This document shows positions 26,426-33,759 of a stretch of 41,300 bases of DNA, in pieces. The notes beneath the pieces were generated by a model. It had not been told where the DNA came from. It saw only the letters and a list, made by a program, of their open reading frames with translations, and made no database searches. Source of the DNA: Candidatus Saccharimonadales bacterium (GTDB taxonomy: Bacteria; Patescibacteriota; Saccharimonadia; Saccharimonadales; UBA10212). Position numbers and translations under genes: made by a program. Within the stretch, counting starts at the first letter, position 1, and every line of letters begins with the position of its first letter. The stretch is from the NCBI GenBank assembly GCA_040900055.1, contig JBBDZU010000002.1, positions 84,425-125,724 of the forward strand. Reading direction: 5' to 3'.

Positions 26426-26448
26426 GCTAGCAAAGAGCAGAAGCTGAA

Positions 26449-26931
26449 ATGCAGCCAAAAATACAAACTATTTTCAATAGAATAACCCTGTCTTTTGCAG
26501 CCTTTGCGGCAAACCTTTTTTTATTGTTGCCGGCTGTGGCTCTAGCTGCGCCCGCCCCTAATACGGATGCCACCACTAATCCTGAAGCCCCAAACCAGCC
26601 AAAAACAAATACAAGCCAATCTCAACAATCTGATCCGGATATTTGTAATAAAGATAACCCCACGAACGCCAGCCTCAGCAAGTGCTTAGAAAATAACCCG
26701 ATTGTTAAGCGCATAAACCAAGTAGTAGCTTTTCTTAGCGCCGGGGTAGGCATCATTGTAATAGGGGTAATTATTTTAGGAGGTATCCAATATGCCATTG
26801 CAGGCGATAATCCCACGGCTGTGGCTGCCGCCAGACAACGGATCCTTAACGGCTTAATTGCCCTACTGATCTTTATATTGACCTTTAGCTTTTTGCAGTG
26901 GCTGATACCAGGGGGTATATTTGATGTTTAA
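26449..26931 (+). CDS. VirB2/TrbC-like pilin 1
   Basis: Signal peptide, Cys pair, two TM helices around GGIQYAIAGDNPTAVAAARQRILNGLIAL. Confidence 0.8.
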   Translation: MQPKIQTIFNRITLSFAAFAANLFLLLPAVALAAPAPNTDATTNPEAPNQPKTNTSQSQQSDPDICNKDNPTNASLSKCLENNPIVKRINQVVAFLSAGVGIIVIGVIILGGIQYAIAGDNPTAVAAARQRILNGLIALLIFILTFSFLQWLIPGGIFDV

Positions 26932-27286
26932 CCTCTACCCTATTTTTGCTGCGGCTTGTGACACTAAGGCTTTCTTAGGCTTTCTACCCCATTGGTGGGA
27001 GTACCTAAAAACAGAAGAAACTAAACTGGGCTGCCAAATAAACTTTACGCCTCCTGGCGACCTTTGGCTGGTTGGACTAGCTATTTTAGACATGCTGCTT
27101 AGACTTGCCGGGTTGGCGGCGGTTATTTCTATTATGGTAGCGGGCGCCCAATACATTTTTGCCGGCGGCAATCCGGAAAAAGCAGCATCGGCTCGCAAAC
27201 GAATTTATAATTCGCTTATTGGGCTGGCTATAGCCTTAATTGCGACAGTCGTGGTTGTTTATATCGGTAGGAGGTTTGCCACTTAA
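26924..27286 (+). CDS. VirB2/TrbC-like pilin 2
   Basis: AGAQYIFAGGNPEKAASARKRIYNSLIGL. Confidence 0.8.
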   Translation: MFNLYPIFAAACDTKAFLGFLPHWWEYLKTEETKLGCQINFTPPGDLWLVGLAILDMLLRLAGLAAVISIMVAGAQYIFAGGNPEKAASARKRIYNSLIGLAIALIATVVVVYIGRRFAT

Positions 27287-27555
27287 TGATTAGAATTTTC
27301 AGCATAATTGACCCTACCCCTCTGCCAAAAGCTAAGGGCGATACACTGGCTATGCTACTGGGTGACTTCTTCATTATTCTTGGAGCTATAGCGGTTTTTA
27401 TGGTAGTTCTAGGCGGTACCCGCTATATATTTGCTCGTGGCAATCCTGAGAAAGTCTCCCAGGCTCGCAACATGATTATTTACTCTTTAGTCGGTTTAGT
27501 TATAGCGTCACTAGCGGCGGCCTTTGTTAATCTTGTTTTGGAGCAGGCAGGGTAA
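27286..27555 (+). CDS. VirB2/TrbC-like pilin 3 (minimal form)
   Basis: GGTRYIFARGNPEKVSQARNMIIYSLVGL; TAATG coupling on both sides. Confidence 0.8.
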   Translation: MIRIFSIIDPTPLPKAKGDTLAMLLGDFFIILGAIAVFMVVLGGTRYIFARGNPEKVSQARNMIIYSLVGLVIASLAAAFVNLVLEQAG

Positions 27556-27947
27556 TGAGACTTAAAGCACTAATACTTGGGCTACTAACTCTGCCGATTC
27601 TTATGACATCAGCTGGCGGCCTGGCCCTTAACCCTCTGGAAGATGTTTGCAGGGGCGAGGCGAGAACTAGTCCAGCCTGTAGGGAGGCTGAAACTCAAAG
27701 CGGTGACCCATCAACTAACCCAGTCGTTGACACCATCGCAACGGCTGCAAATATAGTAGCTATAATTGCTGGCATTGGGGCCGTCATTATTATTATTTGG
27801 AGCGGTTTTAAATTCGTGACAGCCGGAGGCAATCCGGAAAAGGCCAGAGAAGCCCGCTCAACGCTGACTGGAGCTGTTGTTGGGTTGGTGATTGTAGCCC
27901 TGGCGTGGGTTATAGTATCAATTGTGACAACCCGGATAATACAGTGA
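27555..27947 (+). CDS. VirB2/TrbC-like pilin 4
   Basis: SGFKFVTAGGNPEKAREARSTLTGAVVGL. Confidence 0.82.
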   Translation: MRLKALILGLLTLPILMTSAGGLALNPLEDVCRGEARTSPACREAETQSGDPSTNPVVDTIATAANIVAIIAGIGAVIIIIWSGFKFVTAGGNPEKAREARSTLTGAVVGLVIVALAWVIVSIVTTRIIQ

Positions 27948-28417
27948 AGCTAGCGGTTAAATCTATTTTGCTTTTTGCAACCGCAGCGATTCTTATTTTA
28001 TTAGCGCCAGCTTTAGTTGCAGCAGTAGATTGCAATGCCACCAACTTAACCACTCAACAAGCCATCCAGTGCGGCACTCAAGGCGCCGGTGGCGGAGATC
28101 CTTCCGAAGCTACCACAAGCGTGAATAGTACTATTGCAGGCATAGTTAATATCCTTACTGTAATTGTTGGAATTGTAGCCGTAGTCATGATAATTGTGGC
28201 CGGATTTCGCTATATTACCAGTGGAGGAGCCAGCGATAAGGTAAAATCTGCCAAAGATACTTTAATTTACGCAATTATTGGCCTAATAGTGGTTGTATTG
28301 GCGCAAGTTATCGCCAGGTTTGTCTTGACCGAGACTACTTCGACAACTTCTACATCTGATAGCGCGCCAACTAATAACACCCCCACACGCGGCAGCCGCG
28401 AACACCAACCCCAATAG
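27944..28417 (+). CDS. VirB2/TrbC-like pilin 5 (Thr/Ser-rich tail)
   Basis: GTG start at 27944 overlapping the upstream TGA; AGFRYITSGGASDKVKSAKDTLIYAIIGL. Confidence 0.82.
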   Translation: MKLAVKSILLFATAAILILLAPALVAAVDCNATNLTTQQAIQCGTQGAGGGDPSEATTSVNSTIAGIVNILTVIVGIVAVVMIIVAGFRYITSGGASDKVKSAKDTLIYAIIGLIVVVLAQVIARFVLTETTSTTSTSDSAPTNNTPTRGSREHQPQ

Positions 28418-28424
28418 GCATAAG

Positions 28425-28498
28425 CCCAGTAGTGAGCTTTCGCGACTATCCGCCTACGACGGATGTATTGCGAAACAACGTGAAAGTCTACTGCTGGG
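28425..28498 (+). repeat. Long imperfect hairpin between pilins 5 and 6
   Basis: CCCAGTAGT..GCTTTCGCG pairs with CGTGAAAGT..ACTGCTGGG (G-U on the + strand); inner ATCCG-cctacga-CGGAT. Confidence 0.65.
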
Positions 28499-28507
28499 TA
28501 AGCGTAT

Positions 28508-28536
28508 TGACACTATTTATAGTTATGTATACTGTA
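28508..28536 (+). promoter_or_regulatory. Internal sigma70 promoter for pilin 6
   Basis: TTGACA-N17-TACTGT (overlapping TATACT), then AAGGA RBS. Confidence 0.6.
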
Positions 28537-28553
28537 GTTAATAAGGAATACTA

Positions 28554-28982
28554 ATGATCCAAAAAATCAAAACCATAATCCTCTCTGCCAGCTTACTTTT
28601 CGCCTTTACGGCTCCTGTCGCTATATCATCAACTGTGTTTGCGATCCATGGCGGCGGTCACATTGTCGGCGGTGTCTGTAAAGGTGCTGATAAACTGAAA
28701 TTTGAACCCACCAACACCGATACTTGTACTGTCGACGATAGTTCAGCGGCAGATCCCAATAGGCTCATAAGACAAATCATTAACATTATTTCGGTCATCG
28801 TCGGTATTGTGGCAGTGGTGATGATAATTTGGGGTGGCTTTAAGTACATAACTAGTGGTGGTGCGGCCGACAAAGTAACATCCGCAAAGAACACCCTACT
28901 CTATGCCATCATCGGTCTGATAATCGTCGCCTTAGCCCAAGTTATCGTTAGATTCGTACTTAGGACTACTACACAAGGCTAA
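28554..28982 (+). CDS. VirB2/TrbC-like pilin 6
   Basis: GGFKYITSGGAADKVTSAKNTLLYAIIGL. Confidence 0.85.
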   Translation: MIQKIKTIILSASLLFAFTAPVAISSTVFAIHGGGHIVGGVCKGADKLKFEPTNTDTCTVDDSSAADPNRLIRQIINIISVIVGIVAVVMIIWGGFKYITSGGAADKVTSAKNTLLYAIIGLIIVALAQVIVRFVLRTTTQG

Positions 28983-29020
28983 CTACCGCTAGCAAGTAAC
29001 TCTGTTACAATATCTTTTAT

Positions 29021-29428
29021 ATGAATAGGCTGCGCATAGCCATAGTTGGGTTATTTACTGCTTTTGCATTAACAATTGCTTTTGCTGCGCCAGCCCTTGC
29101 TCAAACAGACCAGATAAGTAGAGGACTTTGTACCGGCGCTAATTTAGAATTTAGCACTAACCCCACAGATTCTTGTGACGATAGAAGCTCTGCCGAAAAA
29201 ATTAATGCGATTGTCCATTCTATTATCAACTTAATATCGGCCATTGTCGGTATTGTGGCAGTGGTGATGATAATTTGGGGCGGATTACGTTACGTGACGA
29301 GCGGTGGCAATGAAGCCGGCGTTACTAGTGCTAAGAACACTATCCTTTACGCTATTATTGGCTTAATAATTGTTGCTTTGGCCCAGCTAATGGTGCGCTT
29401 TACCCTTAGTAAAATAGTAAACTCCTAG
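29021..29428 (+). CDS. VirB2/TrbC-like pilin 7
   Basis: GGLRYVTSGGNEAGVTSAKNTILYAIIGL; TGTTACAAT extended -10 just upstream. Confidence 0.85.
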   Translation: MNRLRIAIVGLFTAFALTIAFAAPALAQTDQISRGLCTGANLEFSTNPTDSCDDRSSAEKINAIVHSIINLISAIVGIVAVVMIIWGGLRYVTSGGNEAGVTSAKNTILYAIIGLIIVALAQLMVRFTLSKIVNS

Positions 29429-29447
29429 CGATACGCTAGGAGTTTAC
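29417..29447. terminator. Bidirectional terminator-like hairpin between pilin 7 and hsp20
   Basis: Perfect 14-bp stem GTAAACTCCTAGCG-ata-CGCTAGGAGTTTAC between convergent genes. Confidence 0.7.
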
Positions 29448-29462
29448 AAATCTTGTCTTACC

Positions 29463-29930
29463 TTAGAGGACTTGGATTTTTTTAACGGTGTCTTGTTTTT
29501 GCTTAGCAAAGCTAATGGTTAGGACGCCGTCTTTTAGTACGGCTTCGATCTCATCTTCTTTAACTGGTACTGGCAAAACAATGCTGCGGCTAAACTCGCC
29601 CCAGTAGCATTCCTGCAGGAAGTAGTTCTCTACGCCATCTTCGTTGCCGGCGCTTAAAGTTCCCTTAATAGTCAAAGTGTTATCGGAAATGCTAACGTCT
29701 AGCTCGTTTTTATTAACACCAGCTACACGGCCTTTAACTACTAGTTTTTCCTTAGTTTCATAAACATCGACTGCCAATTGACCGGCAACCGGCTCTTCCT
29801 CGTCCCATTGGTCGTCTGCGGGCGATTGAGCGCTAGGCTGGCTGTCGCTAGCCTGCTCGTCGTCTAAAAAAGCGGCGGTTATATCGTCGCCCATTAATAA
29901 ATCTTCCTGCTGTTGGCTGCCTCGAGCCAT
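29463..29930 (-). CDS. Hsp20/alpha-crystallin small heat-shock protein
   Basis: GQLAVDVYET, ECYWGEFSRSIVLP, AVLKDGVLTI; ATG 29930 with GAGGGAG RBS. Confidence 0.93.
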   Translation of the reverse strand: MARGSQQQEDLLMGDDITAAFLDDEQASDSQPSAQSPADDQWDEEEPVAGQLAVDVYETKEKLVVKGRVAGVNKNELDVSISDNTLTIKGTLSAGNEDGVENYFLQECYWGEFSRSIVLPVPVKEDEIEAVLKDGVLTISFAKQKQDTVKKIQVL

Positions 29931-30100
29931 TATTAGTACTCCCTCTTTTATGTGTGCCAATCTGCCAGTTAGCCAGACTAGATCAACTTAGGTTATTTAG
30001 ATTTGACTCTTTGTGTTAGGGCTAGTATAGCTGAGCGTAACTGTTCAGCGCAACATGTTATACTGAACATTTACAACAGTGTAACTTACAACACGTCTAA

Positions 30101-30796
30101 ATGAGCCTGTTTGAGCTCGCTATAGGGTGGTTGGCGCCTTCGCGCTGCATAACCTGCGAAGCCGAAGGCTCTATTTTGTGCGAAATTTGTTCAGCAACCG
30201 AAATAATACCGTTTGGCGAGCGCTGCTGGCGCTGTGGCTCGATAAGTCCGAGGGCCAAAACTTGCGATAAATGCCGCCGCTTGGGCCCCTTAAATCATGT
30301 GTGGGCTAGCACAGATTATGAAGGCACCGCCCAAGAACTAGTCAAAGACTTTAAGTTTGGTCAGCAGCGAGAAGCCGCCAATCCAATAGCCCGATTAATG
30401 TGCGAAACTTTTCTTAATTTTAATTCCGACGAAGATATATTGAAGATGAATTATCTAGTGATTCCTATACCTACGGCTACAAAAAGGGCTCGTCAACGCG
30501 GCTTTGACCACGCCAAACTTTTAGCTAGGCAGATAGCCACTCAACTTAAACTGGAAAGCTACTATGGACTGCTCCGCCATGGCCAAAGTCGGCAAGTGGG
30601 TTCTCGTAGGGCCGATAGATTAGTCCAAGCCATTGGAAATTACCGCGTCATCGGCCGATCGCATGTAACTGGCCGCAATATTTTGTTGGTAGACGATGTT
30701 ATCACAACTGGCGGAACTTTAAATGCTGCTGCCAAAGCTTTGCGGCAAGCCGGCGCCAAACAAGTAGATGGTTTAGTCTTTGCCAAACGTCTGTAA
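30101..30796 (+). CDS. comF: ComF family protein (double zinc ribbon + phosphoribosyltransferase)
   Basis: Four CxxC motifs, RQRGFDH, LLVDDVITTGGTL. Confidence 0.92.
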   Translation: MSLFELAIGWLAPSRCITCEAEGSILCEICSATEIIPFGERCWRCGSISPRAKTCDKCRRLGPLNHVWASTDYEGTAQELVKDFKFGQQREAANPIARLMCETFLNFNSDEDILKMNYLVIPIPTATKRARQRGFDHAKLLARQIATQLKLESYYGLLRHGQSRQVGSRRADRLVQAIGNYRVIGRSHVTGRNILLVDDVITTGGTLNAAAKALRQAGAKQVDGLVFAKRL

Positions 30797-30808
30797 GGGA
30801 ATTACTTC

Positions 30809-30901
30809 TGGCGGAGAGGGTGGGATTTGAACCCACGCGGGAGCTTGCGCCCCCCTAACGATTTAGCAAACCGTCCCCTTCAGCCACTTGGGTACCTCTC
30901 C
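30809..30901 (-). tRNA. tRNA-Ser(GCT)
   Basis: Acceptor GGAGAGG/CCTCTCC-GCCA, anticodon arm ACGGT-TTGCTAA-ATCGT, long variable arm, GGTTCAAATCC. Confidence 0.96.
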
Positions 30902-31037
30902 GTCGTCGGAGTCGAGGTGCTGGCTTCCGTAAGCGCGTTATACACTTGCTTACTTTCAGCCTCAGCTCGCTCCCTCCTCTCAATTTTGCAAAGCTCTGCC
31001 TTGCACGATTTTGCAAAATTGGGTTGGCTGCATATTT

Positions 31038-31127
31038 TGGCGGAAGGGGTGGGATTCGAACCCACGGTACCGTTTCCGGCACACTTGTTTTCAAGACAAG
31101 CACCTTCAACCGCTCGGTCACCCTTCC
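31038..31127 (-). tRNA. tRNA-Ser(TGA)
   Basis: Acceptor GGAAGGG/CCCTTCC-GCCA, anticodon arm CTTGT-CTTGAAA-ACAAG, long variable arm. Confidence 0.96.
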
Positions 31128-31236
31128 TTAATGATTTTATAATTTTGGGACGGCTAAGTATAGCAAGAAACACCTTATATCTCTAGATTTTAGTTAGTGC
31201 TGAAGTCCTAAATTCGTTACAATAAACATAAAGATT

Positions 31237-31731
31237 ATGAAACCTGAAAACGAACCAAAAACAAATCAGCCTGAAAGGTCAATTGCTTGGACGGCTTCGG
31301 AATATATTGACCACACCCGCGGCGCAAGCTGGTATAGTTTGCTGGTTTTGGCAACGGTTGTTTTAACGGCAGGCGTTTGGCTAATGACCAAAGATTATTT
31401 TGCGACGGCGGTAGTAGCCATCGTAGGTATAATCGTGGGTATTTTTGCGTCAAAGAAGCCGCGCCAAATAAGTTATGAGTTAACTAGTTCGGGCCTTAAG
31501 GCTGGGGAGAAATTCTATGCCTACAATCTCTTCAAATCTTTCGCAGTGATTCGAGACGGCGCCTTAAATTCTGTTAACCTATTCCCTGCCAAGCGCTTTA
31601 TGCCGCCAATCTCGGCCTATTACGAACCTCAAGACGAGGAAGCAATTATTGACGCCATTGGCCAGCACTTGCCTTACGAGGAACGAAGCTTAGACGGTAT
31701 AGACAAGCTTAGCCGCCGCCTCCGATTCTAG
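31237..31731 (+). CDS. Hypothetical membrane protein (2 TM plus beta-rich soluble domain)
   Basis: IAWTASEYIDHTRGASWY, two TM helices, 164 aa; TACAAT upstream. Confidence 0.8.
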   Translation: MKPENEPKTNQPERSIAWTASEYIDHTRGASWYSLLVLATVVLTAGVWLMTKDYFATAVVAIVGIIVGIFASKKPRQISYELTSSGLKAGEKFYAYNLFKSFAVIRDGALNSVNLFPAKRFMPPISAYYEPQDEEAIIDAIGQHLPYEERSLDGIDKLSRRLRF

Positions 31732-31777
31732 TTTTCCATCTGTCAAACTGCTAAAATAGCTTGTTGCAGCGCAATGC

Positions 31778-31852
31778 GCTCCCATAGTTCAATGGATAGA
31801 ATACTGGCTTGCGGAGCCGGCGATAGAGGTTCGAATCCTCTTGGGGGCACCA
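31778..31852 (+). tRNA. tRNA-Arg(GCG)
   Basis: Acceptor GCTCCCA/TGGGGGC-ACCA, anticodon arm CTGGC-TTGCGGA-GCCGG, GGTTCGAATCC. Confidence 0.95.
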
Positions 31853-31870
31853 CGTCCTAGCTAATTCCAG

Positions 31871-31964
31871 CCCCGCCTTAATTTTGGCAATCAAGTGGCC
31901 AAAATTAAGGCGGGGTCTTGCATTGCTACTCCTCTTCCGTTTTGCTTATCCTCAAGCAAAACGG
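31871..31964. terminator. Two tandem hairpins between tRNA-Arg and the convergent TauE-like gene
   Basis: 18-bp perfect stem CCCCGCCTTAATTTTGGC/GCCAAAATTAAGGCGGGG (31871-31915) and 11-bp stem CCGTTTTGCTT/AAGCAAAACGG (31937-31964). Confidence 0.55.
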
Positions 31965-31978
31965 GTAAAACCGTTGGT

Positions 31979-32338
31979 CTATTTGAAGAAGAGCATTTTT
32001 ATGCCGACGATTATTAAAAATGCGCCGAAGACTTTAGTGAGTTGCTTATCAGGCACTTGGGTCGCAAACTTGGCGCCTAAATAACTGCCCAGTATAAAAC
32101 CAATAATTATAAAAGCTGCCGCTTTTACGTTCACATGGCCAGCTTTGTAATAGGCCCAAGCCGCAAAAAAACCAATCGGCGGAATAAGCAGCGCCAAAGT
32201 TGTTCCTTGGGCCAATTTTTGAGAAAAACCGAACAGCAACACCAAGGCTGGCACAATAATTATGCCGCCGCCTAGCCCGACGACTCCCGCCAAAAGGCCA
32301 GATACTAGACCTAAAATTATCAGCAAAGGTTCGGTCAT
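31979..32338 (-). CDS. TauE/SafE (TSUP) family permease, half-length
   Basis: GLLAGVVGLGGGIIIVPAL, AQGTTLA; 119 aa from ATG 32338. Confidence 0.88.
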   Translation of the reverse strand: MTEPLLIILGLVSGLLAGVVGLGGGIIIVPALVLLFGFSQKLAQGTTLALLIPPIGFFAAWAYYKAGHVNVKAAAFIIIGFILGSYLGAKFATQVPDKQLTKVFGAFLIIVGIKMLFFK

Positions 32339-32414
32339 AGTTATTTGCAATTATAGTTCACCAAACTTAAAACACCCAGAAATGGGTGCTTTTAAGAGTC
32401 GAGATTTAATCTTT

Positions 32415-32555
32415 TTACTTTTTTATCAGTGACAGCGCGGCTTGGGCGGCGTCAAATTCGTTTCTGTGATAACCATCTAGCATTATCTCGCGGTCGCCAT
32501 CCTCTATATAGACCCGCCAACCGTATGGATCTCTTCGAACGTGCAGTTGTGCCAT
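32415..32555 (-). CDS. Small hypothetical protein (46 aa)
   Basis: GGGAGG RBS before ATG 32555; MAQLHVRRDPYGWRVYIEDGDREIMLDGYHRNEFDAAQAALSLIKK. Confidence 0.55.
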   Translation of the reverse strand: MAQLHVRRDPYGWRVYIEDGDREIMLDGYHRNEFDAAQAALSLIKK

Positions 32556-32636
32556 GTATGCCTCCCAAACTTTATTACCAAGCAGACATAATTTCATAGG
32601 TAAGCACTTGGCGCAGTAATAAATCTATCAAAAAGC

Positions 32637-33050
32637 CTAAGTTTTTTTAGAAATCTTGGAAGTGCAGTGCATGCAGCGAGTAGCCTTTGTAGGAATTTTA
32701 CCCAGGCAATAAGGGCATTTGCGAGTAGTGGCCTCGCCAGTATCCTTACTGCTGGCAAAACGCTCACTTATCCGGTTAATGGGCTGGACTACCAGGAAAA
32801 ATATCACGGCGGCTACAATCAAAAAGCTTAATAAGTTGTTAAGCAGGTCCCCATAATTGAATGTGCTGCCACCAATAGAAAAAGCCAGTTTTGAGAATTT
32901 TTCGCCGTGATAGAAAAGCTCCATTAAGGGGTTAACAACATCTCTAACAAAAGCATTTACCACACTGGTAAAGGCAGCGCCAATCACAATACCAACGGCT
33001 AAATCAACGACATTGCCGCGCAGGATAAATTTTCTAAACTCGTTAAACAT
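32637..33050 (-). CDS. mscL: Large-conductance mechanosensitive channel with C-terminal zinc ribbon
   Basis: EFRKFILRGNVVDLAVGIVIGAAF, YGDLL; tail CPYC...CMHC. Confidence 0.95.
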   Translation of the reverse strand: MFNEFRKFILRGNVVDLAVGIVIGAAFTSVVNAFVRDVVNPLMELFYHGEKFSKLAFSIGGSTFNYGDLLNNLLSFLIVAAVIFFLVVQPINRISERFASSKDTGEATTRKCPYCLGKIPTKATRCMHCTSKISKKT

Positions 33051-33116
33051 AACTAAAGCTTCGCTTAAATTAAATCAGCAATTACGCCCATCAGCAACAA
33101 TCAGTAGAAAAATTTT

Positions 33117-33307
33117 GATACCTTTAGCTGTAAAGGTATCGCCAAACTCTCGGACATTCAAAAAGCTAGATGGTCGCTCAGCACTCGTCATAAGTGAATC
33201 TGCGGAACGACAAGCGGTCCTCCTCCGCTGGACAGCGGACTTCGGACAGTCCTCGATTCAGAAAACTGATGGCTCGTTCTTCGCTCACTCTGTTTTTTCA
33301 AGTCCGA
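33117..33307 (+). repeat. Structured ~190-nt repeat element, copy D
   Basis: Inverted homolog of 10210-10395 with the same hairpin-linker-rod architecture. Confidence 0.9.
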
Positions 33308-33404
33308 ACCTTTATTAATGATTCGGTAGCCTGTGTTAGATATATTACTGCTGAAAGCCATACACAAAATGTACGGTGTATTTAAGATTTAAGGAGGAGA
33401 TACG

Positions 33405-33758
33405 ATGGCCGAAGTAACACGTACGCGCGAAACTGTGACAGAAGACCGTCCAGTAGTAGCAAACGATCACGGGCGGAATGTAGCCGATAGGATTATTTGG
33501 TTTATTGCGGGCATTATTTTGATTCTGCTGGCGCTACGGTTTTTGCTATCGCTTTTGGGCGCCAACCGAGAAAACGCTTTTGCCGACTTTATTTACGATG
33601 CTTCCCAGCCATTTGTGTCGCCATTTTTTGGCTTGTTTAACTACAACGTAGTGGACTACGGAGTGTCACGGCTGGAGTTTTACACCTTATTTGCCATGTT
33701 AATGTACGCCGTTATAGCCTGGGGGCTATCGTCGCTGATTAACCTTAACCGGCGCTAA
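33405..33758 (+). CDS. YggT-like membrane protein
   Basis: AAGGAGGAG RBS; LALRFLLSLLGAN...FADFIYDASQPFVSPFFGLF. Confidence 0.8.
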   Translation: MAEVTRTRETVTEDRPVVANDHGRNVADRIIWFIAGIILILLALRFLLSLLGANRENAFADFIYDASQPFVSPFFGLFNYNVVDYGVSRLEFYTLFAMLMYAVIAWGLSSLINLNRR

Positions 33759-33759
33759 T

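Noticed and set aside
30827-31186. Several overlapping ORFs here, and ORF 34937..35164
   Set aside because: Shadows of tRNA-Ser genes
13571-31852. ICE or genomic island integrated at a tRNA
   Set aside because: No integrase, relaxase or duplicated tRNA 3' end seen; the T4SS is embedded among core genes
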